The notes below the pieces were generated by a model. It did not search any database. It was not told the DNA's origin and worked only from the letters and a program-made list of their open reading frames with translations. A program made the position numbers and the translations under genes. Below are positions 27,708-37,195 of a stretch of 64,000 nt of DNA, in pieces (the first letter of the stretch is position 1; the number at the start of each line of letters is the position of its first letter). The stretch comes from Methanothrix sp. GTDB taxonomy: Archaea; Halobacteriota; Methanosarcinia; Methanotrichales; Methanotrichaceae. The stretch is taken from NCBI GenBank assembly GCA_037128175.1, contig JBAXWY010000001.1:96001-160000 (forward strand). Reading direction: 5' to 3'.

Positions 27708-27915
27708 GGGGCTGTGGCCTAGCCAGGTAGGGCGATGGGCTCCAGCGGTATAATTTAATGATGAGCAACGGGTCTACTGAGATTTCTCGACGGGGAGATC
27801 GTTGATGATCCGTTGGAGCACTGAAATGAGCTGTTATCAGCCACTGATTTCCGGCTGTATGCACTTCAGTATCGGAGATACCCGTCGATCGTGAGTTCGA
27901 ATCTCACCAGCCCCA
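27708..27915 (+). tRNA. tRNA-Trp(CCA) with an intron at 37/38 (27746-27879)
   Basis: GGGGCTG/CAGCCCC acceptor stem; ATGGG-CTCCAG|intron|A-CCCGT anticodon arm; GTTCGAATC T-loop. Confidence 0.93.
27758..27824 (+). ncRNA. Intron-encoded box C/D guide RNA (predicted Cm34 and Cm39 of tRNA-Trp)
   Basis: C box ATGATGA 27758, D' CTGA 27777, C' TTGATGA 27802, D CTGA 27821; guides are complementary to tRNA-Trp and the D+5 rule gives positions 39 and 34. Confidence 0.88.
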
Positions 27916-27996
27916 CCTTTTTATTCTATATTTGCTATTTCGCTTGCCACAGCGTTTAAATATTCTCCGGCCCCTAATCTCGGGAAGGGTGCCGAG

Positions 27997-28305
27997 ATGT
28001 TTAGAGATATCCTCACCATATGCTGGTCCATCAAGGAGGTCAATAAGAACCTCACCGATCGAAAGTCCACATCCGACTTCTCCATAAAATATCTAAAGAA
28101 TGCCTGCTCGATTCTGGCAGAACAGATGCGCAAGATCAGCAAATCCATGCCCCAAGAGGTCATCGAGGTTGCCGATAAGAAGGGCGAGAAGAAGAGCTTC
28201 ACAATGCATGAGGTGGCAGAGATGCTTTATGATCCTCGAAAGATCGTAGAACTGAATCTTATCGACAATATCAGCCTATGGGCAAAAGCTCGCATGGCCG
28301 CCTGA
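27997..28305 (+). CDS. Conserved hypothetical protein
   Basis: 102 aa ORF with TTTAAATA upstream and coding-like composition. Confidence 0.65.
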   Translation: MFRDILTICWSIKEVNKNLTDRKSTSDFSIKYLKNACSILAEQMRKISKSMPQEVIEVADKKGEKKSFTMHEVAEMLYDPRKIVELNLIDNISLWAKARMAA

Positions 28306-28552
28306 GGTCCAGAAAGAACGGCAAAACCAGGACGCATTTTTTCCGTTCTTCTTTTGACTTTTCTTAATTGCTAATATTTTTGCGCGCCTCAGAACTCATA
28401 GGGCTCATCATATGGCATCAGAGCATGCTGTATCATCATAGGCGCCGCTACTCTGGGCCCCGTGCCCTAATAACTATTGTCTCCCATAATCAATTTATCC
28501 TTGGCAAGTTGCAGGGCAAGTTTGATCCGAGAAGCACTCCTATGTCTCGCAT

Positions 28553-29407
28553 ATGGTGCGATTAGGCATGCACGTCTCTGTGGCGGGCGGCGTGGACATG
28601 GCATTTTCTCGTGCTCGCGAAAAAGGTTGCGATGCGTTTCAGATCTTCTCTTCCAATCCTCGCAAATGGTGCTCAAAAACCATTTCCCCCGAATCTGCGG
28701 AGCGCTTTCTTGCCCTGCAAAGGCAGTTTGACCTTTCTTTGGTGGTGGACCACATGCCCTATCTGCCCAACCTTGCCTCAGCAAAGGAAGAGGTTTACAC
28801 CAAATCGGTGGAGGCCCTCGCCAGGGGGCTGGAGCGCTGCCGGGCATTAGGCATACCGTATCTTGTAACCCATCTGGGAAGTCACCTGGGCGCGGGACAG
28901 GAGAGCGGGCGCGCGAGGATTATAGCTGCTTTGCAGACGGTCTTTTCTCTGTGCGATAGCGAAACCGTCTTGCTTCTGGAGAACAGCGCCGGCACAAAGA
29001 ACAGCATGGGAGGCACATTTTCTGATATTGCGGCCGTCTTAGAATCCCTGCCTGACGAACGCGGGCGGCTGGGCGTGTGCCTGGACACCTGCCATCTTCA
29101 TGCCGCAGGATACGACCTACGAACCCCTCTGGCATTGCAGGCGACGCTGGATCAGTTTCAGGATTGCATCGGGCTGGAGTGGCTTATGCTTCTTCATCTC
29201 AACGATTGCAAGGGAGCCATAGGATCGCATCTGGATCGGCATGAGCATATCGGTCTCGGGCAGATAGGCGAGCAGGGCTTTCGCGCCATACTTTGCCATC
29301 CCGCTCTTGTTGACCGGACAATGATCCTGGAGACGCCGGTGGACGATCGTCGGGATGATCGAGGAAATCTTGATGTAGCGAGGCGTCTGGCCTCAGGGAT
29401 AAAATAG
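28553..29407 (+). CDS. nfo: Endonuclease IV
   Basis: G.HVS.AGG, HMPYLPNL, LLENSAG, CLDTCHL.AAG, HLND.K...GS.LDRHEHIG, ILETP. Confidence 0.95.
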   Translation: MVRLGMHVSVAGGVDMAFSRAREKGCDAFQIFSSNPRKWCSKTISPESAERFLALQRQFDLSLVVDHMPYLPNLASAKEEVYTKSVEALARGLERCRALGIPYLVTHLGSHLGAGQESGRARIIAALQTVFSLCDSETVLLLENSAGTKNSMGGTFSDIAAVLESLPDERGRLGVCLDTCHLHAAGYDLRTPLALQATLDQFQDCIGLEWLMLLHLNDCKGAIGSHLDRHEHIGLGQIGEQGFRAILCHPALVDRTMILETPVDDRRDDRGNLDVARRLASGIK

Positions 29408-29785
29408 CTTCTCGATGACCAGCATCAAGGCGTCATTGGAGATGGGCTTGACCAGATAGCTGCCCGCTCCCAGATCGTAGCTCTTCTGGATATCTTGATC
29501 CTCATTGGACCCGGTAAGAATGACCACGGGTATGCTCTGAAGATTATTATCTTTTTTTATGCAGGTGAGAAGATCTATGCCGCTGATATCGGGTAGATTG
29601 ATGTCGAGCAAGATTAGCTGGGGTAGATCTGTCTTGGCAATATTTTGCAGAGCGGCAAGAGCTTCTTTGCCGCTGGTAGCAATAACCAGGCCATTATTCA
29701 GCTTATTGTGCAGTAATACGCGCTTTGTTACAGCAGCGTCCTCAAAATTGTCCTCCACCAGCAGGATCTTTATTTCTAAGTCCAT
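29393..29785 (-). CDS. Single-domain response regulator (receiver)
   Basis: ILLVEDN, LILLDINLP, VILTGS, YLVKP. Confidence 0.92.
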   Translation of the reverse strand: MDLEIKILLVEDNFEDAAVTKRVLLHNKLNNGLVIATSGKEALAALQNIAKTDLPQLILLDINLPDISGIDLLTCIKKDNNLQSIPVVILTGSNEDQDIQKSYDLGAGSYLVKPISNDALMLVIEKLFYP

Positions 29786-30115
29786 AGATTCACCAGGAGC
29801 TTTACGCCCACTTTTCCCCTTAACTCATTAAGGCTAAAGGTGTTGTTGCAACTACCCACAAAAATAGTTTTCCCACTGGTCGGCGCATCTCATCCCTTAA
29901 ATGCTCTCCACCAGCTTAATCCTGTATCTTAATCCAGAGCGTTTCACATCTCTGCTCAAAATTTTTTAATTTTATGAATTTATGAATATTCAACTTCTGC
30001 GGTAGTACTGATTTTCAATCAGGAATGTGTCTTCAATCGGGTGTGATCATCGTGCCCATTTATCTTTATTTTAAGTGAGATGGATAGTTCTCAGCTTCAA
30101 TTCGGTTTTGCCGCT

Positions 30116-31039
30116 TTAAACCTTATCGATCAGGCATCTCTTTACGCGCCCGCTGGAGAGAAGAGCAACGCGACTCAGGGGCACGTCTGCCTCCAATTCG
30201 TAGCCCAAGGCCTCGCCTAAGGTGCGAGCGAATTCCATAATCTCGTAGTGCTGCGGCATGGCCTCCCTTGTCAGGCGGTCTCGGGAGCGGCCCAGATGCA
30301 TGTAAGCTTTGACCTCCACATAGTCCGGCTCGGCCCTCGCGATGAGGCGGGCGTAGTCCTTCGGCCTTTCCATATTCAGGTCGCGCACCAGCGTCATGCG
30401 GATCACGCTTCGGCAGAGGTGCTGCTTGATGATATCCAGGCTCTCCAGAATTCGCGGCCAGAACTCTCCGTTGGGACGGCAGACGCGCCGGTACAGTTCT
30501 TCGTCTGGAGCATTGAGGCTGAGGTAGAGCTGCGTCGGCTGCAGCTCGGCCAAGACCTCAGGATTTGTGGCGTTGCTCACCACAAATGATGTCATGCCCC
30601 GCCGGCGGATGAGGTCGATAAGCTCCTTAAGGTAAGGATAAAGGGTGGGCTCGCCCATGAGGGAAAGAGCCACGTGCATAGGCCGGCGCGCCTCAGCCAG
30701 CCTCTCCAGATCCGTGGTCTTGGCTCCGCCGTAGCCGGAGAGAAACTTCTGCTGGCCGGAGAGGATGCCGTCCAAAAGTGCCTCGGGCTCCAGTGGTGCA
30801 GTTCCCGGCACAGGATCGTCTATCGGCCTCCAGCAGTGCAGGCACTGGTGGTTGCACTCCATGGTGGGCGTCATCTGCACGCAGCGGTGGCTGGATATGC
30901 CGTAGAAGTGGTGCTTGTAGCACTGGTCGCCGCCCCGCATGGCGCGGCGAAGCCACATGCAGGGCTTGACGGCTCCGCCACCGACGAGGTGGTAGCCCTG
31001 CTTGGTGAGGGTCTGAATGGCTTGATTTTGAGGTTCCAT
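30116..31039 (-). CDS. twy1: 4-demethylwyosine synthase TYW1/Taw1 (radical SAM)
   Basis: VKPC.W, CYK..FYGI.SHRC.QMTP, CNHQCLHCWR, SL.GEPTLYP, VEVKAYM.LG.S. Confidence 0.95.
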   Translation of the reverse strand: MEPQNQAIQTLTKQGYHLVGGGAVKPCMWLRRAMRGGDQCYKHHFYGISSHRCVQMTPTMECNHQCLHCWRPIDDPVPGTAPLEPEALLDGILSGQQKFLSGYGGAKTTDLERLAEARRPMHVALSLMGEPTLYPYLKELIDLIRRRGMTSFVVSNATNPEVLAELQPTQLYLSLNAPDEELYRRVCRPNGEFWPRILESLDIIKQHLCRSVIRMTLVRDLNMERPKDYARLIARAEPDYVEVKAYMHLGRSRDRLTREAMPQHYEIMEFARTLGEALGYELEADVPLSRVALLSSGRVKRCLIDKV

Positions 31040-31136
31040 GCCTAGAGTTGAAAGAATAGCAGGAGATATATAGCTACGTGTGATGTTTTCCATTATCGCA
31101 AAGAATATGACCCAAAAGTCGCAAAGACGCTACTGG

Positions 31137-32627
31137 ATGCCGTGGCGATCTCTTGCATTGATAGCTGTTTTGGCGATGGTGATAGTATCCACCACAGGCG
31201 CAGAGCAGGTTATCTCTGCTCAGGAGATTTTAGCCAAAATAGAGGGCAACGAGCCCGTTTATTATGATAGTATACGGGTTTTGGGCGACCTGGATCTCAA
31301 AACCCTGCCCGATGTTCGGGTGTCAAACTCATTTACCCTAACCAACTCGATCCTTATCAATGCCTCTTTCGACTGCGTCACCTTCGCGAAGGACGCCGTC
31401 TTCTGGGGCACCACCTTTGGCAATGCCAGCTTCAAGAATGCCGCCTTTCTCGGCCAGGCAGACTTCGCAAATACCAGCTTTGCCAATGCCACCTTTTCCG
31501 CCGCCTCCTTCGACAAGTCGGCTGTCTTCGACGGCGCCCTCTTTCAGGATAACGTGAGCTTTGAGGATGCACTTTTCGCCAGGGATGCATTCTTCAACGA
31601 GGCCTTGTTCATGGGCAACGCCGATTTCAATTACTCTGATTTTGACTCTTACTCTTACTTCGCTGCCGCGCAATTTTTTGGCGACGCTCTCTTCTCAGAC
31701 GTAGATTTCTCAGGTGCCCTGGACTTTTCCGCTGCTGCGGTTGCCGGGAGGGCCAACTTCTTCCAGTCCCGCTTTAGCAGCGCCAGCTTTTCCAATGCCG
31801 TCTTTTCCGGCCCGGTCCAGTTCGGCCTGGCCAGCTTCTCCGGCCTCTCCTCCTTTGGCGAAGCGATCTATGCTAAGGAGGCGAATTTCAATCTGGCCCG
31901 CTTTTCCCAGGCCGCCTACTTCTCGGGAGCCGAATTTCAAAAGGATGCCCTCTTCGGCCTGACCAAATTCCAGGACATCGCCAGCTTTCAGAGCGCCATC
32001 TTCGATGGGAATCTCAACTTCAAGGGTGGATCGATCTCCACCATACTCTTGGATAAGGCAGAATTCAGCAAGGAGTCCCGCATTATCCTGAACGACACCG
32101 ACTTTGCCCGCATCAAGGCCCACTGGAATGATATCGCGGGGAACGTAGTCTGGGAGCCTGCCACTTTTCTGGCCCTTGTGAACAATTACCACGACCTGGG
32201 CTGGTCGACAGACGAGGACGACTGCTACTATCAATACAGGAGCCTCAATCAGGGTAAAAAGCAGTGGGGTTGGTCTAAGGCCATCGATCTCCTGGCCTGG
32301 TTGTCTTGCGGCTATGGCGTTCGCCCCGGTTATGCCGTGGCCTGGTCGCTTATTACCATTCTGGCCTTTGCTCTGCTATTCTGGAGAGGAGACGGCATTC
32401 GCCGCTCCGCCAAGCCCCTCAATGAGGCCGCCGAGGAGGACAGCGTGCCCGAGCACGTCACACTACGAAACGCCCTCTTCTTCAGCACCATGGTCTTTCT
32501 CTCCCAGGGGCCCATCGACTTTCTGCCCGTGGGCCGGCACAGGTATTATGTTATCCTGGAAGGAATTTCAGGCTGGTTGCTGCTGGCGCTCTTCCTGGTG
32601 ACCTTGGGGCGGGTTATGATCCGGTAA
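31137..32627 (+). CDS. Signal peptide, pentapeptide repeats, C-terminal 2TM channel-like domain
   Basis: A.F..A.F repeats; WLSCGYGVRP, ALFFSTMVF, LEGISGWLLLALFLVTLGR. Confidence 0.88.
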   Translation: MPWRSLALIAVLAMVIVSTTGAEQVISAQEILAKIEGNEPVYYDSIRVLGDLDLKTLPDVRVSNSFTLTNSILINASFDCVTFAKDAVFWGTTFGNASFKNAAFLGQADFANTSFANATFSAASFDKSAVFDGALFQDNVSFEDALFARDAFFNEALFMGNADFNYSDFDSYSYFAAAQFFGDALFSDVDFSGALDFSAAAVAGRANFFQSRFSSASFSNAVFSGPVQFGLASFSGLSSFGEAIYAKEANFNLARFSQAAYFSGAEFQKDALFGLTKFQDIASFQSAIFDGNLNFKGGSISTILLDKAEFSKESRIILNDTDFARIKAHWNDIAGNVVWEPATFLALVNNYHDLGWSTDEDDCYYQYRSLNQGKKQWGWSKAIDLLAWLSCGYGVRPGYAVAWSLITILAFALLFWRGDGIRRSAKPLNEAAEEDSVPEHVTLRNALFFSTMVFLSQGPIDFLPVGRHRYYVILEGISGWLLLALFLVTLGRVMIR

Positions 32628-32643
32628 TACAAATACAAAAGTG

Positions 32644-32958
32644 GTGACTTCCTCCCCACCCTAAAGGATGGGGCTTCCTGCTTCGCAGAGCCAACGCTTA
32701 CCCGGACGATCTGGTCCAAGTCGGAGGTCGATTCTCCACAGGCTATCCCCCTCAGTCCGAGGGTTAAGGATCTGGGTTTGAGATCCGGTTTGGTTGGGTT
32801 TCAAATTTCCGGTCTTCCAACTAGCACTTTCAGCCGAGTTTGGAATTCCTTGGAGAACAATTCTTTCCTTGGTATATATAGCTATTTGCGGCAACAGTGG
32901 GGCCAATTCAACCGCACCCTGAAGGGCTGCGGTCTTCTTGGCCCCTACACCCCAAATG
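32644..32958 (-). mobile_element. Non-autonomous IS200/IS605-family element retaining left end, promoter and tnpB-3'/right-end (omegaRNA-like) sequence
   Basis: Minus strand: TTTAT| left-end hairpin (GGGGCCAA...CCGCAGCCCTTCAGGGTGCGG...TTGGCCCC), CTATATATA, then GCCTGTGGAG...AAGCAGGAAGCCCCATCCTTTAGGGTGGGGAGGAAGTCAC. Confidence 0.8.
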
Positions 32959-32989
32959 ATAAATCCTGGGCCATCTTCAAATTGGATCA

Positions 32990-34471
32990 TTGATTACAGT
33001 TTCCAGATGGCACATGCTGCTCTTGGCCTTACTACTGCCCATACTGCTTAGCGATGCCTTGGCAGTAGAGCCTGGGATTGATGCCCCTTTGCCAGCCTCT
33101 CCGGCAATATCTGCCCAGGATATCCTGGCCCAAATAAGATCGGGTGAGCCGCTGAACTATGACAATGTAACCATTGCCGGTCAGCTGGATCTGGGGGCAG
33201 GAGATGAGCCGGTCAAGCAATCGATAAGAATTACCAACTCTCGCATCCAAGGACCCGTAAGAATGGAGGAGGTGGCCTTTGCCGAGGTCCTGGATCTGCG
33301 GGGATGCATCTTTGAAGACGATGTCAGCTTTGTTAAGTCCGTTTTCCAGAAAGATGCCAAGTTTTCCGGAGCAATATTCCAAAAGCAGGCCGACTTTGCC
33401 GAGACCTATTTCCAGGGACCGGCCTCTTTCATCAGCGCGCTTTTTCAGAACGACAGCAGCTTTAGCAACGCCCAGTTCAATGGGGATGCCGTATTCCTCG
33501 ATTCCGGATTCGCCAGTGATGTCGACTTCAATTACGCCAAGTTCCTGAGTTCTGGATCTTTCTTGAATGCTAATTTCGAAGATGTAAGCTTTTTTGAGAC
33601 TCATTTTGCCGGGCAGGCCACATTTCGAGTCGCAAAGTTTAGAGGCAATGCCACATTTGCGGCTACCCGTTTCGAGAGCGATGTGCTCTTTCGTGCGGCC
33701 CGCTTCTGGAAAGGAAGCACATTTGGCCTGTCCAGCTTTGGGGGCTTGGCGGACTATGGCAATGTCGACTTCAAAAAGACGGCCTTCTTTGGGGGGGTGA
33801 AGTTTGCAGACCTGGCCTATTTCGCCAATGCCAGGTTTGATGGGGATTTGATCCTGGAGGGGGCCCGGTTGTACAGCATGCAACTGGACAATGCTGCATT
33901 CAATGATAGTTCAAAAATTAACCTCAACAGCACGGACTTTTCCAAGTTCGTGGTCCACTGGAGCACCATACGGGATCGCATGGTGTACAATGGGGCCGCC
34001 TACCTGGCACTGGTGAAGAACTACAAGAGCCTGGAGTGGTTTGATGAAGCAGATGAATGCTACTATCAATACCGCAGAATCGGTCAGGATCAGGCGCCCT
34101 GGGGCTGGGGCAAATTCTCGGACATCATCTCCTGGCTCTCCTGCGGTTATGGTGTTCGGGTGAGCTACACTGCCTTTTGGTGCCTTTTTACCATTCTCAT
34201 CTTTGGAATGATATTTTGGGCAGGAAAGGGCATGGACAAGTTCGTGATCGAGGGCGTGGAGCTTCCAGGAGACCAGCGTTTTATGCCCAGCAAGCGCGTC
34301 TCTTTCACCGATGCCCTCTATTTCAGCATTGCCATGTTCACCACCTCCCAGGCGCCCGTCAATACCTATCCAGTAGGCGTTTACAGGTATCTGGCCATGG
34401 CGGAAGGGATATTGGGCTGGTTCTTCCTGGGCCTCTTCGTGGTTGTTCTGAGCGCGGTGCTCATTCGCTAA
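32990..34471 (+). CDS. Signal peptide, pentapeptide repeats, 2TM channel-like domain (paralogue)
   Basis: Same architecture as 31137; WLSCGYGVR, ALYFSIAMFTT, AEGILGWFFL. Confidence 0.88.
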   Translation: MITVSRWHMLLLALLLPILLSDALAVEPGIDAPLPASPAISAQDILAQIRSGEPLNYDNVTIAGQLDLGAGDEPVKQSIRITNSRIQGPVRMEEVAFAEVLDLRGCIFEDDVSFVKSVFQKDAKFSGAIFQKQADFAETYFQGPASFISALFQNDSSFSNAQFNGDAVFLDSGFASDVDFNYAKFLSSGSFLNANFEDVSFFETHFAGQATFRVAKFRGNATFAATRFESDVLFRAARFWKGSTFGLSSFGGLADYGNVDFKKTAFFGGVKFADLAYFANARFDGDLILEGARLYSMQLDNAAFNDSSKINLNSTDFSKFVVHWSTIRDRMVYNGAAYLALVKNYKSLEWFDEADECYYQYRRIGQDQAPWGWGKFSDIISWLSCGYGVRVSYTAFWCLFTILIFGMIFWAGKGMDKFVIEGVELPGDQRFMPSKRVSFTDALYFSIAMFTTSQAPVNTYPVGVYRYLAMAEGILGWFFLGLFVVVLSAVLIR

Positions 34472-34555
34472 ATATCGCTAATCGAAAAAACGATAAGAGA
34501 GCGCCAATCCGGAAAGGTTGATATACGTGTTGGTTATACGGGAAAGATCGGAAAA

Positions 34556-34630
34556 GGGCGCGTGGCCTAGTCCGGATAAGGCGGCAGCCTCCTAAGCTGT
34601 AGATCGGGGGTTCGAATCCCCCCGCGCCCG
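34556..34630 (+). tRNA. tRNA-Arg(CCT)
   Basis: GGGCGCG/CGCGCCC acceptor stem, GCAGC-CTCCTAA-GCTGT anticodon arm, GGTTCGAATCC. Confidence 0.95.
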
Positions 34631-34690
34631 CTTGGTTTTTTTGAAAACATATTCTTGTTTGCTGCTACCAACTTTGGAAAAATGATTGAT

Positions 34691-35563
34691 TTAAGGCACA
34701 ATCTTGGAGATGGCCAGCTCCAGGATATCCTCTGCCCCCGATTTCTTCAACTGGGGAATGAGCAGGTTGACAATGGATCGGTCCACCACAGTCTCCACGG
34801 CGTAGTAGCCGGAGTTGTAGAGCTTGGAGATGGTGGGATTTTTCATGCTGGGCAGCATGGATATCAAATCCGCGATAGAATCCTCGGGCACATTCATCTT
34901 GAGCAGGACCTTTTCTCTCGCCTTTATGACTGCAGATAGAAGCGTCTCTACAGCTATGATCTCCTCGCGCTTCTCCGGGTCTGCCCAGCTCTTTTTGTTG
35001 GCAATCAGCTCCGAGGTGGACCTGAGCATGACATCAATGATCTTCAAGCCGTTCTTCTTCAGGGTGGAGCCGGTCTCGGTGAGATCAACGACCACATCGG
35101 TCAGCTCCGGAACCTTGGCTTCGGTAGCTCCGAAGGAGAACTGGATGTCCACCGGTATTCCCAGACCCAGGAAGAAGGCCTGGGTGAGGCTAGGATACTC
35201 TGTGGATACGCGGCTGCCCGGTTTAATCTCACGAGCGGAGTGGATATCCAAGCTCTCGGGCACGGCAACCACCAGCTTTACAATGCCGGGCCCCTGTTTG
35301 CCGTAGTTGAGCTCAGCCACGCGGGCCACGACGGCACCAGACTCCATTATCCAGTCCGTTCCCGAGATGCCCAGGTCGAAATAGCCTTTGGCTACATATC
35401 CCGGTATCTCCTGGGGGCGGAGGATCTTCACCTTGCCGATGCGAGGGTCTTGTATGCGGGCGTTGTACTCGCGCTCCGTTCTCTTAACCTCCAGCCCGGC
35501 TTGCTCGAAGAGCTGCAGTGTCTGGTTTTGCAGGCTGCCTTTGGGAATGGTGATGTCGATCAT
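34691..35563 (-). CDS. hisG: ATP phosphoribosyltransferase (long form)
   Basis: IPKGSL, RPQEIP..V..G.FDLGI.G.D, GATE, VDLTETGSTL..NGL, PTIS.L. Confidence 0.96.
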   Translation of the reverse strand: MIDITIPKGSLQNQTLQLFEQAGLEVKRTEREYNARIQDPRIGKVKILRPQEIPGYVAKGYFDLGISGTDWIMESGAVVARVAELNYGKQGPGIVKLVVAVPESLDIHSAREIKPGSRVSTEYPSLTQAFFLGLGIPVDIQFSFGATEAKVPELTDVVVDLTETGSTLKKNGLKIIDVMLRSTSELIANKKSWADPEKREEIIAVETLLSAVIKAREKVLLKMNVPEDSIADLISMLPSMKNPTISKLYNSGYYAVETVVDRSIVNLLIPQLKKSGAEDILELAISKIVP

Positions 35564-35722
35564 TCTGAGGTTTTGCTTTTTTTAGAACATATTTTTGTCT
35601 TTTGCTCGAGGGGTTGTATCGATCGAGAATCTATGTTTCACGTGCCATTTTCCAGGCGATCACGACGCACAATATTTATAAATAACAACAGTAATAAACA
35701 GTTGTGAGAAGGGGGAAAGCAG

Positions 35723-36664
35723 TTGGCATCTCTGATTATCTCTGATACGCATTTCGGCCTGGATTCATCGACTCTTCAGAGCCCGGCAAAGGTAGACCAG
35801 TTGATGCAAGAGATATCGGAATTTGAGAGCGGCTGCGACGAGGTCGTGCTTTTGGGCGATATCCTCGATTTCTGGAGGGTGCGCCCAGAAAATGCGGTGA
35901 GGTGCGCCATCCCTTTTTTAAAACGGCTCTCCCAGGAATGTCTGAAGATTCGCTACGTTGTGGGAAATCACGATCATCACCTGGTGGTACAAAAGCAGGA
36001 GGCGGAATTCATGGAGAGGGCTGCTCGCTGCGATCTGTTTCCCGTTTATATTCCATCAATTCGCTGGCGCCGGACTTTTTGCGGCGTTGATATCGAGATG
36101 CTCTATCCTACTTACCGAAAGCGTTGTTGCCAGAGGACCATCCTCTTCACGCACGGCCATCATCTGGACGGCATTCAAAACTTTACTTTGCAGCTGGTGG
36201 AGAAGCTGCGCAGACTCTCCGGAGAGGAGTTTCTTCCCGCAGACCTGGAGATGATGATGACTTACGCCTACGAGGGGCTGTACCGCTCCGCCTGCATAGG
36301 AGAGATGGTATCTTTCGAGAACTCTATCTGGAAGGCATCCAGCCTGCTGCAGAGGATCAACGCCGGTGTTTTTTCCAACCAGCGCCGCGCCAGCGTAGAG
36401 GGGCAATACGAGGCCATATTGAAGTTCATTCGCGAGAGGAGCCTTGGTAAGATTGACTGCTTCATTTATGGGGATACGCATCTTCCCGGCATATTTCAAA
36501 GAAAGGGAGGACCTCTGGCCGTGAACGCGGGCAGCTTCACGCGCGAGCCGGGAAATGGCTCTCGCTTCGAGACGCCCGATACCTATATGCTTCTGGATGA
36601 GGGGGGGCTGGCCATAAGGCAGTTGGGCAGGAAAAGGCCTCTCTTTTTATGCGAGCTTCTCTAG
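35723..36664 (+). CDS. Calcineurin-like metallophosphoesterase
   Basis: ISDTHFG, LLGDILD, VGNHD, HGH, GDTH, NAGS. Confidence 0.88.
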   Translation: MASLIISDTHFGLDSSTLQSPAKVDQLMQEISEFESGCDEVVLLGDILDFWRVRPENAVRCAIPFLKRLSQECLKIRYVVGNHDHHLVVQKQEAEFMERAARCDLFPVYIPSIRWRRTFCGVDIEMLYPTYRKRCCQRTILFTHGHHLDGIQNFTLQLVEKLRRLSGEEFLPADLEMMMTYAYEGLYRSACIGEMVSFENSIWKASSLLQRINAGVFSNQRRASVEGQYEAILKFIRERSLGKIDCFIYGDTHLPGIFQRKGGPLAVNAGSFTREPGNGSRFETPDTYMLLDEGGLAIRQLGRKRPLFLCELL

Positions 36665-36704
36665 ATGCCAAACCTATTTCATCCAGTATCATGTAGGTCA
36701 AAAC

Positions 36705-37013
36705 ATGTTCGAACCAAACGAGGAATCCCTGGTCCTGGAGATCGTGCGCGGCTTCTTTGACATTCCTTCTGAGGAGATGATGAAGATCGGCGATCAATTC
36801 AAAATGCTGCTCTTCGGACCCCAGACAGGCAGCGAGCAGGAAGCGGTGGCAAAGCTCAAGGAGGCGCTAAAAGATATGTCCAAGGAGCAGGTCTTGATGG
36901 CTGGCATGTTCGTCTCGGGCTTGCTGCGCTGCAACCTTGCAGAGCAGGTTGAGCAGCAGTATCAGCAAGCCAAGGCAGAAGGAAAAATCGAGCCGGATTG
37001 CGGTTGTGATTGA
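36705..37013 (+). CDS. Hypothetical protein
   Basis: 102 aa ORF, C-terminal CGCD. Confidence 0.65.
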   Translation: MFEPNEESLVLEIVRGFFDIPSEEMMKIGDQFKMLLFGPQTGSEQEAVAKLKEALKDMSKEQVLMAGMFVSGLLRCNLAEQVEQQYQQAKAEGKIEPDCGCD

Positions 37014-37195
37014 TGGCCCCTTTGCATCCGTTTCGCCTCGCGAGATTTTTTTTTCTCGCTGTATCGAGTGGGTATTAGAATAGTTCACAGAGAACGCACG
37101 GAGCGACTAACTATTAGCCACTAAAAATAGCGAAGAGTCGATTTTTTCTTCGCGCTTCGTCCAATAGCTTATTATCGCGTATATCGATCTGATTT

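Noticed and set aside
29790-30110. Possible histidine kinase remnant upstream of the orphan response regulator
   Set aside because: No recognisable kinase motifs found.
32305-32325. GYG in WLSCGYGVRP as a K+ selectivity filter
   Set aside because: It lies before the first TM helix, not after the pore-helix-like segment, and lacks the TxGYG context.
32661-32993. ORFs of 109 aa (-) and 71 aa (+)
   Set aside because: They run through the hairpins of the IS605-type mini-element and have no protein-like motifs.
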